This document shows positions 44,324-57,832 of a stretch of 64,000 bases of DNA, one piece after another (the first letter of the stretch is position 1; each line of letters opens with the position of its first letter). The translations under genes were made by a program, and so were the position numbers. Source of the DNA: Octopus vulgaris (lineage: Eukaryota); NCBI GenBank assembly GCA_951406725.2, contig OX597835.1:1240001-1304000 (forward strand), given 5' to 3'. The notes below the pieces were generated by a model that saw only the letters and a program-made list of their open reading frames with translations, had not been told where the DNA came from and made no database searches.

Positions 44324-45193
44324 ACAGGGTGGCTGGAAAGTAACTAGGCGTTAGAAATTGCTTACAGAATTTTTAGTATCACTAAAGTCATGACAAAGAC
44401 ATTTTTTAAACAGCCAACACTAAATGGGGATTTATTTATTTCTTATTTCTTATTTTCCAGATGACCGGTCGCCTGACCGTTCAGGAGCGAGCTCAGATAG
44501 CAGCACACTATGAAGTGTAGAATTCCATTGTTTTGGTTCACAAATGGTGGCATGTATGGAAAGGTAAGCATGCAACACTATGTCTGGAGACAATAAGAAG
44601 TTTGTCATGCAAAGCTGATGACCACTGGCTCAGTGAACAATGCAAGAAGTGACCTTCCAAACACATCTGAATCAGTGGGAAATGTGGCAACAATGCAGGA
44701 AATGTTTAATCACAGCCTGCAAAAGTCAACATGTCAAGCAACTTGTGAAAGACACACAATACGTAGAGTGTTGCATAAAGAATTGAATTTTCATCCATGG
44801 AAACCCCATTACGTGCAGGAGCTAAAACTTGAAGACTGTGACCACAGGAGTCCAGAACTCCAAGAAGTCCAGATCTCACTCCATGTGATTTCTGCCTGTG
44901 GGGTTACACAAAAGAGATGTACAAGACAAAACCTCGCACACTGGAGGACTTGGAGACACAGATTCAGAAGTTTAATGATATCGCAGATGATGTTCTTCAG
45001 AAGGTTGTTCATTCCATCCCTGGCCATTTGAGGAAACTGGTTGACACCACCAGTGCTTATGTTGAAATACGAAGACTTACTTTCACTTTCCCATCTAATA
45101 AAGAACATGGATCATTTGTTTCAATAAATTTGTGAAAAGAATATGGACTTATTTCCAATTTTTAATGCCTACCTACTTTTCACCCACCCTCTG
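44324..45193 (+). mobile_element. Decayed Tc1/mariner-superfamily element
   Basis: TA-CAGGGTGGCTGGAAAGTA left end and TACTTTTCACCCACCCTCTG right end. Remnant peptides TIRRVLHKELNFHPWKPHYVQEL, PRSPDLTPCDF and YKTKPRTLEDLETQI. Confidence 0.8.
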
Positions 45194-47224
45194 TGTGTGT
45201 GTGTGTGTGTGTGTATTGGATTAATTTCCCAGAAAAAGATACTTAAAAGGAGCGAGACTGAAAGCAGAAACAGTCAAGATGCTGTTTTAGATTTCTTCTT
45301 GATATTTACACACAACAGCAAAATGACTCCCAACTTTCTATACTGGCCTTCATTTACAAGAAACCAAAACTACAGATCGATATTATGTCTAATCAATTAA
45401 GGGACCACAAATAACCACATTGGAACAGAAGAAAACTGAATGTAGCAGCAGCAGAGAGCTTTTGTGAAAGTGTTTTGCATTTGTTGCATTATGCTAGCAT
45501 CCAATGCAATCCCTATCAACCTACCACAAAAAAAAAACTATAGCTGATGCATGCACACACGCACACTCCTTACAGAATAACTTTAAACGATTTCCTCTGA
45601 AGAAAACTTAGAAATTTGTCAGTAAGAAATTACTTTTTAAACATGAGTTTATTCAAGCAAACCATAAACTGCAATATCCACCAACTTACATTTGGTTACA
45701 TGGAACTGGTCCTGAAAATAGTTCAAAAGATTTTCCCAACATATTCTCTGCCTCTGCTTAAAAGATTTCCCTTTATTTGATGAATTTTTCCAATCAATGG
45801 TATATTATCTTTATACTGTACACCAATTCTTTAAAACAATTACTTCACAATGGATTTGGTAGTAAAAAAAAAAAAAAAAAAAAAGCAAAAGACCAGTTTT
45901 GGAGGATTGTTTTTTGGGGGTGTTTTTTTTTAGGCCATAATAATCCAAGAATTGAATAAAATGCAGAAAAGGGTTTAAGATCAAACAAGAGTTTGAGTGA
46001 AAATCACAGGTTTGTCTCCATGGCTAAGACATGATTCCAGCAATTCAAAGAACATTTTTTTCTTTTCTTTCCTTTTTTTTTTTTTATTTTTTAAATATTT
46101 TTACAAATTTCAACTGCTGCCACAAACAAGATAAAAGAATGAGCCCCCGTTATGCTTTCAACTATCATCAATCCAATGAAAAGAATCCAATGACAAAATG
46201 AAAGCATAAACACTAAAAATAAAATACAGACGACTGGATTTCTAAACTTAACCAATTTTCCTAGATTAAAATAACAAAAAAAAAAGAAAAAAATACTAGA
46301 GCCACAATCGATGAAATTGGATGATAATGTTTTAATTTTATTAGAGTTAATTGCAATTTTTGGAAGTGTTCATTATGAAATCCTAGAAAAGCCAAATTTC
46401 ATCAGAAGGAGTGGGGAAAATACATAAGGCCATTTTCAGACATTGAAACTATCTCATTCTGTATTTGAATCCTTTCTAGCAAATGACGAGCAAGAAAATG
46501 GTTTTAAAGAATTATTCCTTGAATCAAAACACAAGCTAGAAAGACAGATAGATGAAAATTATATTGTTTTTCAAGTTAAATTCACCTCCAAATGTTAACC
46601 TTACCTTTAATTATTAAACAACTAGCAAAGAATATAAAGATGACCCTTACAAACTGAAATAGAAAATGTGTTTTCTTTGCCCTCAGCATCTCCAAACATG
46701 TATTTTCTTCTGAAGAGAACTAAACAACATGGATATTATGACCATGAGGAAGAAAAAAAAGAAGTTAAAAAGGGATAGTAACACTTTCTACCTTGAGAAG
46801 GAAGGTGGGAATAAATTAGAAGGAAAAAAAGAGACAAGGACAAACAAAGGAAAAAAAGAAACTAAAGTTTTAAACAAACCTCTGAAGTTAACCCCAAAAG
46901 CTTATAAGGGTACAGACCAAAAAGTGTTCCTAAAGCTAGTGTACTGCAAGACAGGATGAAATATTCCAGTTGAAAGTCTGGATCTGTTTTTGTCCTTCCA
47001 TTGAAGTAAAATTGACATTTCACTTTTTTTGTTGTTGTTGTTGTTGTTTTGGACTTTTTTTTTTTGTTTGTTTTCGTCCAAGTCCTGAAATTATATAATT
47101 GTCTTTTTCTTTTCTCTCTCTCTCTCACTCTCTTTTAAACAATTACATTCCATAAATGTTTGCATATTTGAAGGAATTTGGCTTGGTGAATATTGCAAGC
47201 AGTTTAGGAATCGGTAAACAGTAG

Positions 47225-47282
<58 letters not shown>

Positions 47283-47553
47283 GCGTGTGTGCGGGGGTGC
47301 AATGGTTACAATGTACATGAGAGGCTTTCTCTTTTCCGTTTCTCCTTCTGTTGTGGTTGTTCATAAGTGCTACTTTATTAAAAGGTTGCTCAACATTCAA
47401 AGTTCAACTGATGCTGAAAGAAAGAGCAGCATTTATGGTGAAAGGAAGTGAAATGAGAGACTCTACACAACACATTTTAAGAGAAAGGACATTCATTCAT
47501 GAAGAATTCCAAAAATGATATTTTGTTTTTGTTGCTTCTTTTTTCCCTTTTAA

Positions 47554-47604
<51 letters not shown>

Positions 47605-47727
47605 TGTGTGCACACGAGTGTGTGTAGTGACAGGAAGAGAAAGAAGGAAAGGAAAGTGGAGAAGAGAAGAGGAGAGTGAATAAACAAAGGGAAAAGTTTG
47701 CATTTCTGCTACCAGCTTCTGGACTGA

Positions 47728-50700
47728 TTAACCATCTTCTTTTGGTGGAGTGAACCAACCTGAAAAATACAGACAATATTATTAGAAGTGCAAATAATCC
47801 TTTCTGATACAGGTACAAGGGGGGGGGGTTTACTTATTTTATCCACTACTAAAGAATAAAAGACTATGTCAATACTGACAGAATTTGAACTCAGGACATA
47901 AAGATGGACAAAATGGTCACTAACCACTCCACTAGATGGCCACCTTTTCAGAAAAGGTAAATAATAGAAATATTTATTACACCATTGAATATTCACAAAC
48001 AAATTTTTCTTTGTTTTTTAAAACCAACAGCTGCATCAAGTTAAAACTAAACTGAATGGTACTGAATAGTTATGATTTATTGTTTTCCTCTTCTGGAGAG
48101 CAACAGCAAATGGGCTTAAAAACTTGAAGCATTTTGTTAGTGTCGTGTATTTATAGCTGGATGCCCTTCCTACTTCTAATATGTAACAATGAAATAAGGG
48201 AGATATCTACTAAACAGCTTACTGAGCTGAGGTGTATAAAATAATGGACCTTCAAATCTAACAAGATTTCTAAGGGTACACCCTGCACTTGCATCACCTG
48301 ACACAAAACCACCTCCCTCAATACTACTCCCCACTCAGCTGAGAGGTCTTGAATTGTAAGTTGCTTGGTAACCTCACTGGTGCTTGCGTCACATAAAAAG
48401 CACCCAGTTCACTGTAAAGAGTTCGAGGTTAGGAAGGGCGTCCAGTTGGAGAAACCATGCCAAAACAGACAATAGAGCCTGGTGTAGTCTTCTGACTTGC
48501 CAGCTCCTGTCAAATCATTCAACCCATGCCAGCATGAAAAGCAGATGGTGGTCAATGATGATCCTGACCATCATGTGATCAGCCAGTCTTCTTTAACAAT
48601 TGGTTTAATTCTAAATTTTAATTAGATTTGCCTTAAGACAAAAGAATACAGAAACTGTGTTTCTTTCTTTCCTCACTCTTGTTTTGCATTCAATCCAGTC
48701 TTTATTGCAGTCGTGACCCTTAAACAAGGCATCACAAATTACTCAAGTCAAAGTAGCCATAAATTAAGCTATAACTCTATTTAGTTGTTGAAAGACTGGT
48801 AGATTTAAATATTTACTAACCCTTTAGAATTTAAATCGGACATATCCAGCCCAAAAATTCTGTTTTATGTTCAAACTAACCACACTTGGCTTCTCACACC
48901 TACCCTACAATGTCGTTCAAAAACTAAACAATCATACCATCAAAATGACAATAGTTTTACAGCATGTTTAATTCAAAATGTATATAAATAATCACTACAT
49001 TTGACAGAATAATCTGAGTGCTAAAGGGTCAACGTGTAAAGCCCCACTATTATAAAACCATGTTATATTAGTATTTTGTATGTTCTGCTTTGTCCTCAGT
49101 ATAACGTTAAACTACATCTGGTAGTGAGACTTTACTTCAAGAGTTCCTGGGTTTTTGAAGAGTGCAGAGGCATCCCTTAGCCACTATTACTGGCTAAGAG
49201 ATGCCTCTTAGGTCTTCTCTGACTCGGATTAGCAGCACTTGTTAGGGTCCCAGCTATGGGTATTAACCTGTAGCACATTATGGAAGAAACTCTGAGTAGA
49301 AAACCTCAGTGCTTTCTAAAAGTGTTTTGCAAAAGAAAAAGGCTAGAGGAATCAACACTTCGAAAGCTCATCAGGAAACAGAGTCCATCAGGTGGTCCAG
49401 TGTCCTCTCCGACACCCTTCCAGTAATCTCCAGAGTAGATGGAGCTCCAATGTAACACCTACAGCTTGGTCACTGCAGCTGTCCTAGTCTGTCTGAATGA
49501 CTGTGGTCAGACCTCCAAACCTAAAGAGTGAGATCAGATGCCCAGAGTGACTCCCTTCAAAAACTACCAAACACAAGCATGAAGAAAAGCTGAGCAATGT
49601 CAAGGATCAGTTTTAAACTGCTTGGCAGTTTGGTCAGCAGCAACTTGCCAACTGTTAGTTGTAGACATTGTGATGTAGATTCATGTGGTAGCATTTTTTT
49701 TTTTTTTGTGGGTTTGGGGGTGTTTTGGTTTGTTTCTTTAAACCTTTCTGCATCGTTAGAAGCTTTCCTTATTCTCTTTGTCTTCCTTTTCTGCTTCTGT
49801 TGTGTCACAAACTGAAAAACAACTGAGAATGGATACATCACACTACACTGTGGAAGGTGTTGGCGGATCTGTTGGTCAATGATGACCATGCTTAATCAAG
49901 TGAATTATCTACTCCTGAATTAACAGGTAAGTGGCCAAGTACCCTTGTTGTAATTCAGAGGCAGAATCAGCGTAACAAGGTTGTTCCTTTCAAATTATAC
50001 CTCATGTGATCCGACACAGTTCCCATCTATATGAGTGACCATAGGCTATTTGTTCAAAACGCCATGCAGTAGGATCGAACCTGCGGCCTTGCGGCTGCAA
50101 AGCAAACTTCTTAACTGTACATATTTAACTCTGTAGCATTTAAACTATCCATATCTGGCCCAAATATTCAACCTGTTCTACATTCAAATTGTCCAGCTCC
50201 AACCTTTCACACTTAACCTGCAATGTCATTCTATCAGTAATCACACCAAAACCTCAAAGCTACAATATAATGCCCAATTAGTTCAAAACATTACATTCTG
50301 AGATGCTAAAGGGTTAAGCAACATATCAGTAAAAAAAAGAGAAAAAAAAGGGGGGGGGATAAACTTTATTAAGGATATACTAACCGTTTTTTTCATGAAT
50401 TTGCACCAATGACTTGAATGTCTGCTGAGCTCTAGCTAGACTGTATTGATTCTAGAAAGAGGAAACAAGTGTCCAATTACAGATAGAAGCAATTTTACAA
50501 AACAAGTAAGTTCATTCCCCTCACCATCACCATCTTTTCTCCTATCAATTGCTTTAGCACTGCCTAATATCTTCAAATATCTCCAATTAGAAAACATCTC
50601 TGACTACTGAATGCTCCAACCCATCAGGTTAGCAAACTGGTCAGAACTCAATTTTATAAACTCCAATGGTCAGGAAATTTTCATCTCAAAGCAACTAAAA

Positions 50701-52363
50701 ACTGATGAATGAGTGGAGAGGTGTTCATTGTTTGTCTCTCGGTCCACAGTCCTTTCCCTTCTCCATCTTGTCTTTGCCTTCAACTCTGGATCTCCATACC
50801 TCCCTTCCCCCCACTCCTTCATTTGTTCATTTGTGACAAAACTTTATATTTGTTATTCTCAGATGAAGGGCAACAGTTCAAAACATTAGGTTCATCACTC
50901 CTCTCTTATTTAATTAGTCAACACAGACCTCTGACCCCATCCCAGTTTTCTTGGATTCTCAGATTTTAGTGTTTAATGATTTATCCCTTATCCACCCTTT
51001 CATCACACTAAACCTCTCCCCGGAGGAGAATTGGGACATGCCGACAGCGTGTCACAACCCGCCGGCAATGTCCCGTTTTCTTCTTTCTTTTCTCCTGGCC
51101 AATAATCCACAAGGAAAACATAATTTCTCACAATTATGTGAGAAAACACACACGTCTCCACCGCAAGACAGACAAAAAGCTCCGAATCCAGTAAGGACCC
51201 CTTTTGCTAGTACCAAAAAACAAAAAAAATCTACAAGCAACAAATCCTACCGGACTCAAGGAGCAAAAAGTCTTTCCTTACAGTAGAGCGTCTTTCAATT
51301 TTCGCCAGCTGCTAACCAGCATGGAGACTTCAACAGTACAGAGAAGTACAACTAACAACCAGAACCAGAAGCAAGCTTCTTACCACACAGCCACACCTGC
51401 ACTATTTCAGAAAATGTAACGAGCTACAACCACAAATCCAAAATCATTCCTTTCTGAACTCTTCCACTTTCATTCTTACCAACATTCTGAAATTCATTCT
51501 CCCACCACATTTTCTCCCCACTTACAGAAATTCACTAAACATTTAACACATCAACCTCACCAGTCATAAGTACTTCTCCCTAATTTTCTAATTAAAAAAC
51601 AAATACACACAATAAAATTTCAGTCTCAAAACTTTTCTTGCAAGTTTTGTTGCATTTAAATTTGATGACTAAAATTTCTGGAAAACTCTGAAATGCCAAA
51701 AGAAATCAGTAAAAATCAGAATTAGTTACCTTAGAATTACTTACTTTAGAAGCTGAGAAGTTTATTCGTGCTTTTCCCTTAACCAAAGTAGCAGATATTT
51801 GGAGTATGACAGATTCTATACTGTAGGCACTGCTCCAACCCTACAATAACATAAGCAACAATCAATAAAACACTGTAATTAGGAAGAGAGAAGGAGATTA
51901 ATCATCATCATCAAATTAATGTCCACTTTACAATACTTGTACGTATTGCATGAAATTTTGTGAAGGTGGATTTGTACAGCTGGATGCCCTTCCTGTTGCC
52001 AACCCTCACTTGTTTCCAGGCAATATATTTCCCAGAACCAGACACAGAAGAATCAAAACAAAGGACACTGCTTACATGACAGTGGCTCTTATTTACAACT
52101 ATCATATGGCATCAAGACAAAGTAACTGTACCACACATATATTTATTTTTTTAACTTCTTGTTTCAGTCATTAGACTGTGGCAATGCTGGGGCATCACCT
52201 TGAAGAACTTTTAGTCGAATGAATTGACCCCAGGACTTATTTTCTGTTAAGTCTGGTACTCATTCTATTGTTTGCTTTTTGCTGAACAGCTAAGTTACAA
52301 GGATGTAAACAGATCAACACCAGTTGTTAAGCAGTGGTGGGAGACAAACAAAGACACATACAC

Positions 52364-52411
<48 letters not shown>

Positions 52412-55400
52412 TCACTTTCCATATACCAAATTCACTACAAGGCATTAATCAGCCTGAGTTTATAGAAGACACTTGCCCAAGGTGCCACACAGTAGGACTG
52501 AACCTGTATCTATGCAGTTAGAAAGCAAACCTCTTTTCACACAGCCACGCCTGCACCTTCCCAATCCACTCACAAGGCTTTGGTTGGCCTGGGACTAAAA
52601 TAAAAGACACTTGCCCAAAGTGCCAAGCAGTGTGACTGAACTCAAAGCCATGTGGCAGGGATGCAAGCTCCTTACTAAACAACTACACCAGCACCTTAAT
52701 AATATTTTGGGGGTAACAAACAAAAAAAGAGAGAGAGAGAAAAGGTAATGCCACTAACTTGTTTTGTGAGAAGTTCCATACAGATGGCTCCTCCGCTTAG
52801 AACATAGCCTCCTGAGATTACTGGATTGATAACTCTCACAAATGGTGGATCGAATGGAAATGAATCCTAGAAAGAAAACAATTAGATCAAACCAAAAATA
52901 AAAACTGGCAATAAATAACCAATCACCAAACATTTCAAACTGATTGATTAATGACTGAATATATTTTGTTTCTTAAATCATAAACTGAGCCATATTCATT
53001 GTAGCGGTCATACATATTTGTTCATTTGATTTGATGGTCAAGATGATTGGATTTTTGGAGGCATTGTCCTACAATTATATTCCCTTCTTGTCACTAATCT
53101 TAACTGCCTGTCAAGATCTCGTTTCACAGGTTTGTCAAAGCAAGAGACGGTCTGTTGACAGAAATGACAACAACAACAACAACACTGCTGGTGATAAGCA
53201 ACTTTCAGAGGGTACAAATGTAAACATATACAATGTAGATGAATGGCTTTTTACAAGAATTCTGGTCAGCCCAAGCTGTAGTAAAAGACACTTACCTAAA
53301 GTGCTGCACAGCTGGATTCAATCCAAAACCCTATGGGTTTAAATTATTCAACATAATTTTACAAGCTACTATCCTTAATCCTAAGTGGTACATCACCAAA
53401 TGTGGTACATATTTTTCAGTCAGGAGTTATGTGCTTACAAGCACAAGCAATGCCAGCCTTGATATGCTTCAATTTATCTGAATAAATAATGTTTTTTGGA
53501 GACGACATTACTTCCAACCAAGCTTTGACTCCAGTTTCACTGAGTGAATCAACCTCTTCATACCAACCGGCCTCAGACTGCCTCTAGTTTTACAATACAA
53601 ACACTGGGCTTTAAAATAATCCACATTAAACTTTCCATCGAAATTTGTGTGTTAATTTATGTTACAACTTAAAAATGACAAAGTTATTTTACTAAATTCC
53701 TCATTATTTTCAAAATTAATTGAAATAATCTTAGCATATTTCAACAGAAATATGGTATCAAAAGGAACAAGTTGATGAAATATTCATCCTCACTTAGTTA
53801 AGATATTACACCAATGCAATAAGCTGAATGCTTATTTCTGACATTCTGAGACAATTTCTGACACACACTCGAGTTCAGAACCAGTGATCTGGTAGCTCAA
53901 TATTTTATTTATTTTAAGTCTGTTTGAAATCTATATCTAAATGAGTCCAAGACTTTCAGCATAATAAGAGATTCATTTTCAGAATCACCATATCAGAATT
54001 TTATGTTCCACTCCATTCCAAGAACATATTTTCCTCGCTTTGAAATACAACCCAAATCAAACCATAAATACAGGGTGGGCCAAAAGGCATGCACAAAACA
54101 AGTTCAACGTGTTCCGGAATTATCAAAGACATGCTTCGGTTTTTATAAAATTGAACAAAATAAATAAAATAATGATGGATGCACAAGGAATTGTACGTGA
54201 TGAACAAAATGAATAATGGTAATAAATGCTGTCCTGGTGCAGTACCGGACAATGGCTCTCTTGTGGCTTCTGATCTTAACTAATTGAAAATGTTACATGA
54301 TTTATCATGCTGTAAAAGGTGGGCTACAGCAAATATTCTGCTCAACACCACAGATTTGATTGTCCAGTTGCTTGACCTGAGCCAACTGAGTATGTCTCTC
54401 AGTGACTGACTATATGTGTGTATCTTTGAACAAGAGTAGTGGGGGGGGGGAAGCATCATAGCCATGTGTTAAGTGAGATTCTTTGGGGTTTGAATAATTC
54501 ACCTCAGGAAACATGGATGTTGTTTCGTTCATGATCCTTAAACTTTATTCAGGGACCTTTTGAGCAAGATGGGCTACTCAAATTGAAGAAAATTCTAACT
54601 GGGCCCCACCTACAAGGTCATGCACTGTTTATCTCAATATAAGATCACCATGTTGCATGTGTCATAACAGATAAGTAGTCATAATGGGTAGATTAAGTTT
54701 CCTATATTTGTACTCCAGTGTCACTTTGATGGCACACGCTGCTGTCTCACTCAGTAATAATAGTAATGTAATATTAAGTCAAATGCTTTGGGGTGTAACT
54801 TTTGGCTCACCCTATATAAATTGCACTAAGTTATGATGATAATTTTAAAAATAAAATAAACTAGCAGTTATAAGTAAATAGTATTTTCCCCAAAATATCT
54901 AAGAGAAACTCAAGCTGATGGAATGGTCAAATAACAGCTATGTAGGTTGGTAAACATGCTGGTAACTAAAACAACAGATATAACTCATTTAAGATTGAAA
55001 CTTTACCTTAAATGTAAAATTTAATAGAATGTGATCCCTCCCCTCTTTTTCTTTAAATGTTATAAGATCTGCATGTAGAGGGCTATCCTGATCCACTCTG
55101 GAAAAAAAAAAGTAGAAAACAGAAATTGAATGAGAAGTTGTTCATTACAAACCATTTTTCAAATTAAATTTACCTTCTTTTTTTTTGTCTTTTCATTAAT
55201 CAATAATGAATGTTTTTTTTTTTATTGTGGTGACCAGCAAATCACCAACTGAGACAGTATTTTAAAAGTATTTAGTCATGATTTCCAATCACATGCAAGT
55301 CAACCTTTCACTATCATCATTAGTATTTAACATCCACTTTCCACATCATTTCATATTAGGAGGTAATTTTCCCACCCACGTCAGCAAAACTCAGCTACAA

Positions 55401-57789
55401 TATTGGTTTTACTTGACTCAACAGGTTTTCTCAAGCATATTATATCACCCGACGCATCAGGGGTAGTAGAATATAAATACATATCAAAATACTGGGGTGT
55501 ATAACACACAAAGCCCAAAGATTCAAAAATATACATATATACACACATATAAATAATTGAAATAAAATGTACTTACTTGAATAATTTGACATTCCATTCA
55601 TACAAACATTCACTGACTAGGTCTATTGTGTAGATAGCTGAAAACAGAAAACAAATTTACACAAAAGATATAACACACATACATACAAACATCAACATCA
55701 TAACATCACACACACACATAATGGGCTTCTTTCTGTTTCCATCTACCAAATCCATTCACAATGCTTTGGTCAACCTGGGGCTTAAGAAGGACACTTGACC
55801 AAGGTACCATGCATTGGGACTGAACCAGAAACCATGTAGTTGGGAAAGAAGCTTCTTACCACCCAAGCTACACCAGCACCTATACACACACAATAAGAAA
55901 AACCCAACATGAATATTAAAAAAAAAAAAAATTTTTTAAAAGGGTTACATTAAGCTAATTCCCAACTCACCCTTTTTGTAACTTTCAGATCGAAATATTT
56001 CCCTCAATTCTTTCATCAACCGATCTGTTGCCTGGACTGAGCCACAAACATTGCCCTGGAAAAGAGAAATGTTAAATAAGCAAAAAAAAACACATTTGTC
56101 CTTACAAACACAAGGAAAGGTAAACCACTGCAGAATCCCAGCTGAAAGACATCATCCACACCCAGAAAGATGGCACCAAAACCAGCTCGTGTAATTTGTT
56201 TGTGGTCAAGCCTATTATGGCTACCCCAGATGACTCCGTAAGACTAGTTCCCCAGTTCCTCCCTAGATGCCAGTACCTCACAGGATGACTCATTTGCACC
56301 AGCCAAATGGACTGGAGCAACTAGGGTTTGTCTCAAGAACACAATGAATTGCCTGGTCCAGGAATCAAAAGCACAATCTTTATGGTCAAGAGTTCCACAC
56401 CCCAACCACTAAGCCATGCACCTTCACAGTCAAGACTATCATAGCTACATTTATGAACTTTTTCACAAGGTAGTAATTCCCTAGAAGTAATCTGTAAATA
56501 GGGTTTCTCTTTCTCTCTCACTTGCTGAACTATGAAACATCTATGAAGGAAAGGAAAAAAAACTTCCTTCGAATGTATTCTAAACTTTCTCACTTTGTAA
56601 AATGTTTGAATGAACATTATTTACATTACTTACATTATTTACATTCGATGGATATTTGTCCTCATCTTGTTTGTTGTTAACACAATAATAATAATAATAT
56701 CAAAAAAATCTTAGGAATGAGAACCCAGGTTCGAAATTTCCCCAAGACACCTGAAGAAGGCTGGAGGGTATATCAGCTGAAACGTTGTGTTAACAACAAA
56801 CAAGATGAGGACAAATATCCGTTGAATGTAAATAATGTACATAATTCCTCATCTCTTAAATATAGAACTGTATGTTTGAATGAGTTTAATATATTTGTCT
56901 AGGGTCATGTTGTACTGATGATTCCAATTGAGGATGAAAAAGCACTATACATAGCTACCAATGACATTTATATATATATATACATACATACACACACACA
57001 TTAGTAGACATCAATCTATAAACTCTCCAGAGAAAGTGAAATAATTCATTTTTGGAACAAGGGATCTTGAAGCTCATAAAGCTACGATGTAAAATAGTGT
57101 AAATATTGGGTTGGTAAACCCTTTTGGAGAGAAAAAAAGTCAAAGACAGCCTTCAACTTTTTCTATCCAAAAGGGTTTTTCAACTCCATATTAAGATGGT
57201 CTCATTTATTTTTATGTGCTTCAAGAACCACTGTTCCAAAAACAAAAGTTATCGTTGTATTGAGTGGTGGGGGGAAGTATTTTTGTGCATATTCTTCATT
57301 ATTGTAAAATATAAAATTCGATTTTCTCACCGTGCTGATTAAAACTTATCTAGTAGAGATTACCTCCCTTACAATGACTGCTGCCAGCAGGAACCCCCCC
57401 CCCACTCAACCACCCGCGTTCAAAATATATTGGGGGGGGCGGAGTTATGAAGAATTTATTAAGTCTCCGAGGATTTTGAAGGAAAGAGAAAATTACTCAG
57501 AATTATTTTTCTTTAACAAAATAAATGTGCACAAACAGGGGTACATGTGCATGAGTAGTTGCACATGCAGCAGTCACAGAAATTATCATCATTCTTAATG
57601 TCCCATTTTTTCCCCCAATGCTTGAATGAGTCAGATGGAGTTTATTTGAAGCAGATTCCACCTGTTTTCAAGCAAAGCAATCTTCCATCATGGCCAGACA
57701 TGATCTCGCAGAATACTGGAAATGAGGGACACTGCTTGTAGGACAGGGACAATCATTTTACAACTATCATGCAATGTCAAAACAAGGAT

Positions 57790-57832
<43 letters not shown>

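Noticed and set aside
50855-50890. Additional active hammerhead
   Set aside because: Both cores are mutated (CAGATGA, AAAA); treated only as a decayed relative.
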